From positions 45,064 through 109,063 of IMG/VR virus record IMGVR_UViG_3300032218_002424: a DNA stretch of 64,000 bases. One strand, 5' to 3'. A model generated the notes under the pieces. That model saw nothing but the letters and a program-made list of their open reading frames with translations. It searched no databases and was not told the DNA's origin. The position numbers and the translations under genes are program-made. This stretch comes from a virus. Taxonomy: Duplodnaviria > Caudoviricetes. The stretch's first letter is position 1. Each line of letters opens with the position of its first letter. Positions 59,767 through 64,000 of this stretch are shown piece after piece.

Positions 59767-62700
59767 TTATACATTCACCTTGCGGTTTCTATGATTAGCA
59801 AGAACATCCATTGGATAATAAACAGCCATTGTCTTCTTCTTCTTTAAACTATCATATACATATGCTTTTACATTACCTTGAAACTTATCAACATTAGACC
59901 AAACTAATTGTGATAGTCCTTCTTTATCAAGACCTTCATCAGAAAAAATTCTGATGTCATTTGCCTTGACTTCATCATAGATGTCAATACGAAAACGCAT
60001 TTTGATCCATTTCGCTAGTAGGGATAGAAAGAGCAGTTTTAACTCATGCTCAGGAGTATTGTAACATTACTTACCGATTTTGACCATTGCCCAACGAAGC
60101 CCGCCCTCAGTCATTAGACCGAGCTTTGTTAGATTAGGACGAACAGCAATAATTTCTGTAATTGTTCCTGTTACGCCTGACTTGCCAGTTGTGAAGATGT
60201 CGCCCTTTGAGTAGAAACGACCTTTTGTTACATCTAGGATTGGAGACATTTTATTTTCTTTCTGTTAGAAGTTGGTTGAGGGTTCTTACTTACGACATTG
60301 GGCGAGGACTCCCTCTAAACTGCCCCTGTTTCGATTATTTAGTTAGAGATACTTAGCGATTGACTTCATAGTAGAAGCATTAACTGTTTCCTCATCTGTC
60401 ATCTTTAAGATGTTGAGGGCGTTGTTAATTTCCTCCACGATTTCACGATAAGTGTGGTCGTGCATAGTTGTGAAATCACGCTGTGGTTCAGCAGGGAAAT
60501 CGCCTTCTGCTACTGTTAGGTCAAAATCTACATTGAGAGTTTTGTTCCAAGAACGATAGTTTGTGCGAAGGTTCTCAGCCTTAGCAAAATTAGCAATAGC
60601 ATACTTACCAATTTCCTTACGCCATTTTTCCATAGCCTTTTGGAACTTTGCTTCGTTGCTTGCTTCATTTTCTTTATCAGACTTGAGAGTTGCCAACTTT
60701 GTTTCCAAAGCCTTGATTACCTTTGGTGTTGCCACCTTTACTGTGATTGCTCTTGTCATTTTATTTCCTATTCTTTGTGTGGGTTGTTGTTGAGAGTATT
60801 ATAGCAGAGGCTACTGACATAGCCCCTGCTATTATTATTTACTTAGAACTTTACTGTTGTAAAGCGTTCCTGTCCATTTACATCAAGCAAAACACGAGTT
60901 GTGTTTGCGTTGATTGGTTCGATAGCAACGATTGTCCCTGTTACATTTGACTTCTGTGTTGTAAAGAGGTCGCCTACCTGATAGGTTTGTGTTCCGATTG
61001 TCATTTGTTTCCTGCTTTCTGTTTGTTGTTGATAGAGAGTATTATAGCGGATAGGGCTGACATTTATCAAGCCCTATCCCACTATTTGAGATAGATTTGG
61101 TGTGATAAAAATCACGCCAATTCTAGAAACATTTCTGTTCCGCCTGCGTTAATAAATGCTACCATTGAAACTAATTCATCATGAGTTGTTGTTTCGGTAA
61201 TTGACAAGCATTCATCTACTGCCTGCTTATTCATTTCAATAAACGCCTCGCCCATCTTTGCAATTTGTGGAGCATAACGGGAGGAATTAGAAATACGAGA
61301 TACGAACTTAATGTCCTTATGTGTAAATGGATAAAGAGTAAAGCCTGTTGTTGTCATTTATTGTCCTTTGTTTGTGTGAATAAGAGTATTGTACCGTAAC
61401 CCACTGACATTTTCTAATCCATTTACGGCGTGTCGCAAGATTTGTGAGATTTCTCACAGGATCCAGGGTTTTCCACAACTCCACTTAAACCTGTGGATAA
61501 GTCCTCAAAAGAGCGGGCCTGCATATTTATGCATTACTCTGCATAATTATTTTTATATTTATTTTTGCGAGTATATTTTTTCTTATTGCGAACAGGAGTT
61601 GCGGCGTTACTACGCCGCAGCTCTTGTACACGTTTTACTTTTTCCATAATTTTATTCCTCATAGTATTCGTCATCTTGACACCATGCTTCCAAGTGGTGG
61701 CTTTCAATAATTGCCCATGCAGGTGCATAAGTTTCACCACGCCAAGTTATACCTTCAGGCAAATCAATTTTGCGTTCGGTGCTATCTTCCCAGTATGCAT
61801 CAATAGCATCAATACATGGTTGCACCATTGAAAGTGGAACGGGTGGATAGTGATTAGAACGCAATTGTATTGCAATTGAACTTTCTAAATCTAAATTCAT
61901 TGTAGCAAGATCAGAGGAGAGATTATTACCCATTATTATTTACCTACCTTTGTGTTGTAATTAATTGCGTCATAGAATCGGGTGACATCGAAATTAGAAT
62001 TATCTTTGCCAAACATTACTGCAAACTCTCTCGCTAAGTATCCATATACTGCGGGGTGAGTTTTATCCTGCACACTAGCAAGAATTTCAGCGGTTGAAAT
62101 ATAGTCTTTACGGCTCATCATTATTTTTCTACCACCCTTCTACCTTCACGATAGAATATTTTAGTGTAACACTTGCCTGAAGGCGTGTAGAGATTAACAG
62201 TAGAATATTTATCTGCGAATCCCCAGTCAATAAACTTTGCAAACTCTTTATGAGCCTGCAATTCATCTGAGTATTGGAATACACCGAACGGCGTTGTATT
62301 CTCATCATAGGTTACAGTAATTTTATACATTATTATTCACCGACCTTTACTGCAACAGTTGCATAGAAATCATTACGGAAGATACCCTTGCCGTCATAGG
62401 TAGGGCGGACTTTAACGAGATAGGCTTCGGTATTTTCTCCATACCAAACACCATCACGCTTTTCAGCATATTGGATAATTCCGTCTAATCCTTTGCGGGA
62501 ATTAGAGCGATAGTATTTACCTTCTAAGAGGCTTTCGATATTGTAACAGTTAGCCATTGTGACTACCTTCTTTCTTTTGATTGTTAGAGGACATTGTAGC
62601 AGATAGCACTGACATCGCTTCTGCCTTTGAGTTTTGGCGTGTCGCTAGGACATACGCCTTATATTCATCTAGGTTCATTTCTGACCTTCTTTCTACTAGA

Positions 62701-63717
62701 GGCAATTTATGCAATTGCAAGACTTAGAACGGATTAAGTAGCGGAATAATTCCATACGAGTATATTTATCTAATCCATACGATGACTTAACGCCACCATT
62801 GTGATATTCATGAACGATAGTAGAGAATAGAGTTTCATTTAGTGTAGTCATTTTGACCACCTTTCTTTTTTAGGTTATGCTGAAATTATAGCAGAGGGGT
62901 CTGACATTTCTCTACTTACTAGCCAGTAATTCCAAATATTGAGACGCTCAAGGGTGTGAGTTGCACCACATTCCAGGTGTGATAAATATCACGCCATAAG
63001 AGACACGCCCGAGCCCGTGTCTTTTGCGGGCCAGCTTGATTTTGTCAAGCCAACACGCCGTTACATTCCTAAAATATATTCGGCGGGATCTTCATCGGCG
63101 GGAACACAATCACACACCATTACATCAAAGTCATTGTTATCACCAAAGAAAACAAATCCTGCACCATTACATTCCTCGCAAGGAATTCCAATTACATCTT
63201 GTAGATTACCCATTATTATTTCTCCTCTATATCTGATACATATGTATCTAAGCCTTTTGTTTTATAATCAAACCAAGAAATTGCGGAATCATAGTCTTCC
63301 GCTTCTATTGTTATGAAAGTTGTAAATTCAAATAGTGGCATTAGTCTGCCTCCTTAGTATTAAATAAAGCACCTTCTTGAAATAAACCAATTTCAATGCT
63401 TAGCATTTCATCTGGAGTGGCTTCAGATAAATCTACCCAACCAGCACCATTTTCATTCATACGAAAAATTTCAATGTAACCCATTATGATTACTCCCAAC
63501 TTCTAGTAGTAGCAATTACTACACGATTAGAAGGGACATAATTTGGAAGGTATTCCAAATTAGTTTCGAGGATAGTTCCTCGCTTTGCTAGAAGGTCTAG
63601 CATTTCATTAGCAGAGTATTCATCTTTTACGAGAACACCTAAGCAAGTACCGAAATTTTTGCTTAGTGGATAAGCAGGGTCGGTATTGTATTCGATTTTA
63701 TAACTTAGTGAAAACAT
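59767..63717 (-). CDS. Small early-type hypothetical ORFs (59767-60000, ORF ending 60067, 60343-60759, ORF ending 60843, 61112-61357, 61652-61933, 61936-62121, 62121-62330, 62333-62557, 63490-63717 and shorter ones)
   Basis: Most have AAGG/GAAAGG RBSs downstream of the repeated promoters. Confidence 0.6.
60031..60057 (-). ncRNA. Repeated H-type pseudoknot, copy 4
   Basis: ACTC-CTGAGCAT-GAGT-TAAAAC-TGCTC. Confidence 0.7.
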
Positions 63718-64000
63718 TTTGTTTTCCTTTCTTTGAGATAACCTTTATCTCTAATTCTTTATAGTGTAACTATAACACACACCACTGACATTTTGACCCC
63801 TTTTTCGGGCGTGTCGGAAATCTTTTTTTGTGATTTACGCCACATCCAGGCAATAATACAAATCGGACATAAGGTACAAATCGGCCCCCAAAAGATACGG
63901 GCCATGCTGACAATTGTCAACACGACACGCCGTTATTCCTGGATTTCTTTTAAAAGCTTTTCGATATCTTTTAAAATCTCTTCTAATTCTTTATCATTCT

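Larger units (their letters stand above)
55130..63791 (-). promoter_or_regulatory. 11 dispersed TGTCAG-N10-TAnnnT promoters (RecA-NDp/PafBC type)
   Basis: Left coordinates: 55130, 55477, 57131, 58178, 59520, 60798, 61041, 61388, 62593, 62885, 63769. All are on the - strand with a spacer of exactly 10 nt. Confidence 0.85.
55517..63844. promoter_or_regulatory. 9 CRP-like TGTGA-N6-TCACA sites
   Basis: 55517, 57181, 58237, 59580, 61101, 61443, 62955, 62978, 63829 (0-1 mismatch each). Confidence 0.8.

Noticed and set aside
62916-62929. TTACT-N4-AGTAA palindrome as another host operator
   Set aside because: Only one copy was seen, so it cannot be told apart from chance.
55130-63791. CTGACAT repeats as a CRISPR array or recombination sites
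   Set aside because: Spacing is irregular, the core is short, and the fixed 10-nt distance to a -10 box indicates promoters.
1-64000. Alternative genetic code, inteins/introns, integrase
   Set aside because: Core genes are full length under code 11 without obvious insertions; no suppressor tRNA or recombinase was seen.

Overview
This is a 64 kb piece of a large, AT-rich (roughly 35% GC by eye) siphovirus-like phage. The host is very probably an actinobacterium, judging by WhiB, an Lsr2-like protein, actinobacterial-type DnaE, leaderless genes and actinobacterial transcription-factor sites. A low-GC freshwater host is plausible but is inference. The + strand (1-~53.3 kb) carries: tape measure and tail/fibre genes; a replication/recombination module (DnaB, primase, SSB, DnaE, MazG, RecA, resolvases, Cas4-like nuclease); terminase; and an accessory block (tRNAs, Dps, CHAP lysin, Hsp20, PA14 surface protein, WhiB, Ntn protease, S8 protease, thioredoxin, halogenase, GroES). 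At ~53.3 kb a cluster of perfect DnaA boxes plus AT-rich DNA marks a candidate origin. The - strand arm (53.8-64 kb) holds small early-type genes. The main finding is in that arm: 11 copies of a TGTCAG-N10-TAnnnT promoter that matches the actinobacterial RecA-NDp/PafBC DNA-damage promoter. These sit in repeated cassettes with CRP-like, WhiA-like (GACAC), DnaA, tandem ArgR-like and IclR-like sites. Also found: a 4-copy covarying H-type RNA pseudoknot, a ROSE-like thermometer before hsp20, candidate sRNAs, and several small ORFs missed by the ORF track. All motif searches were done by eye and are not exhaustive.
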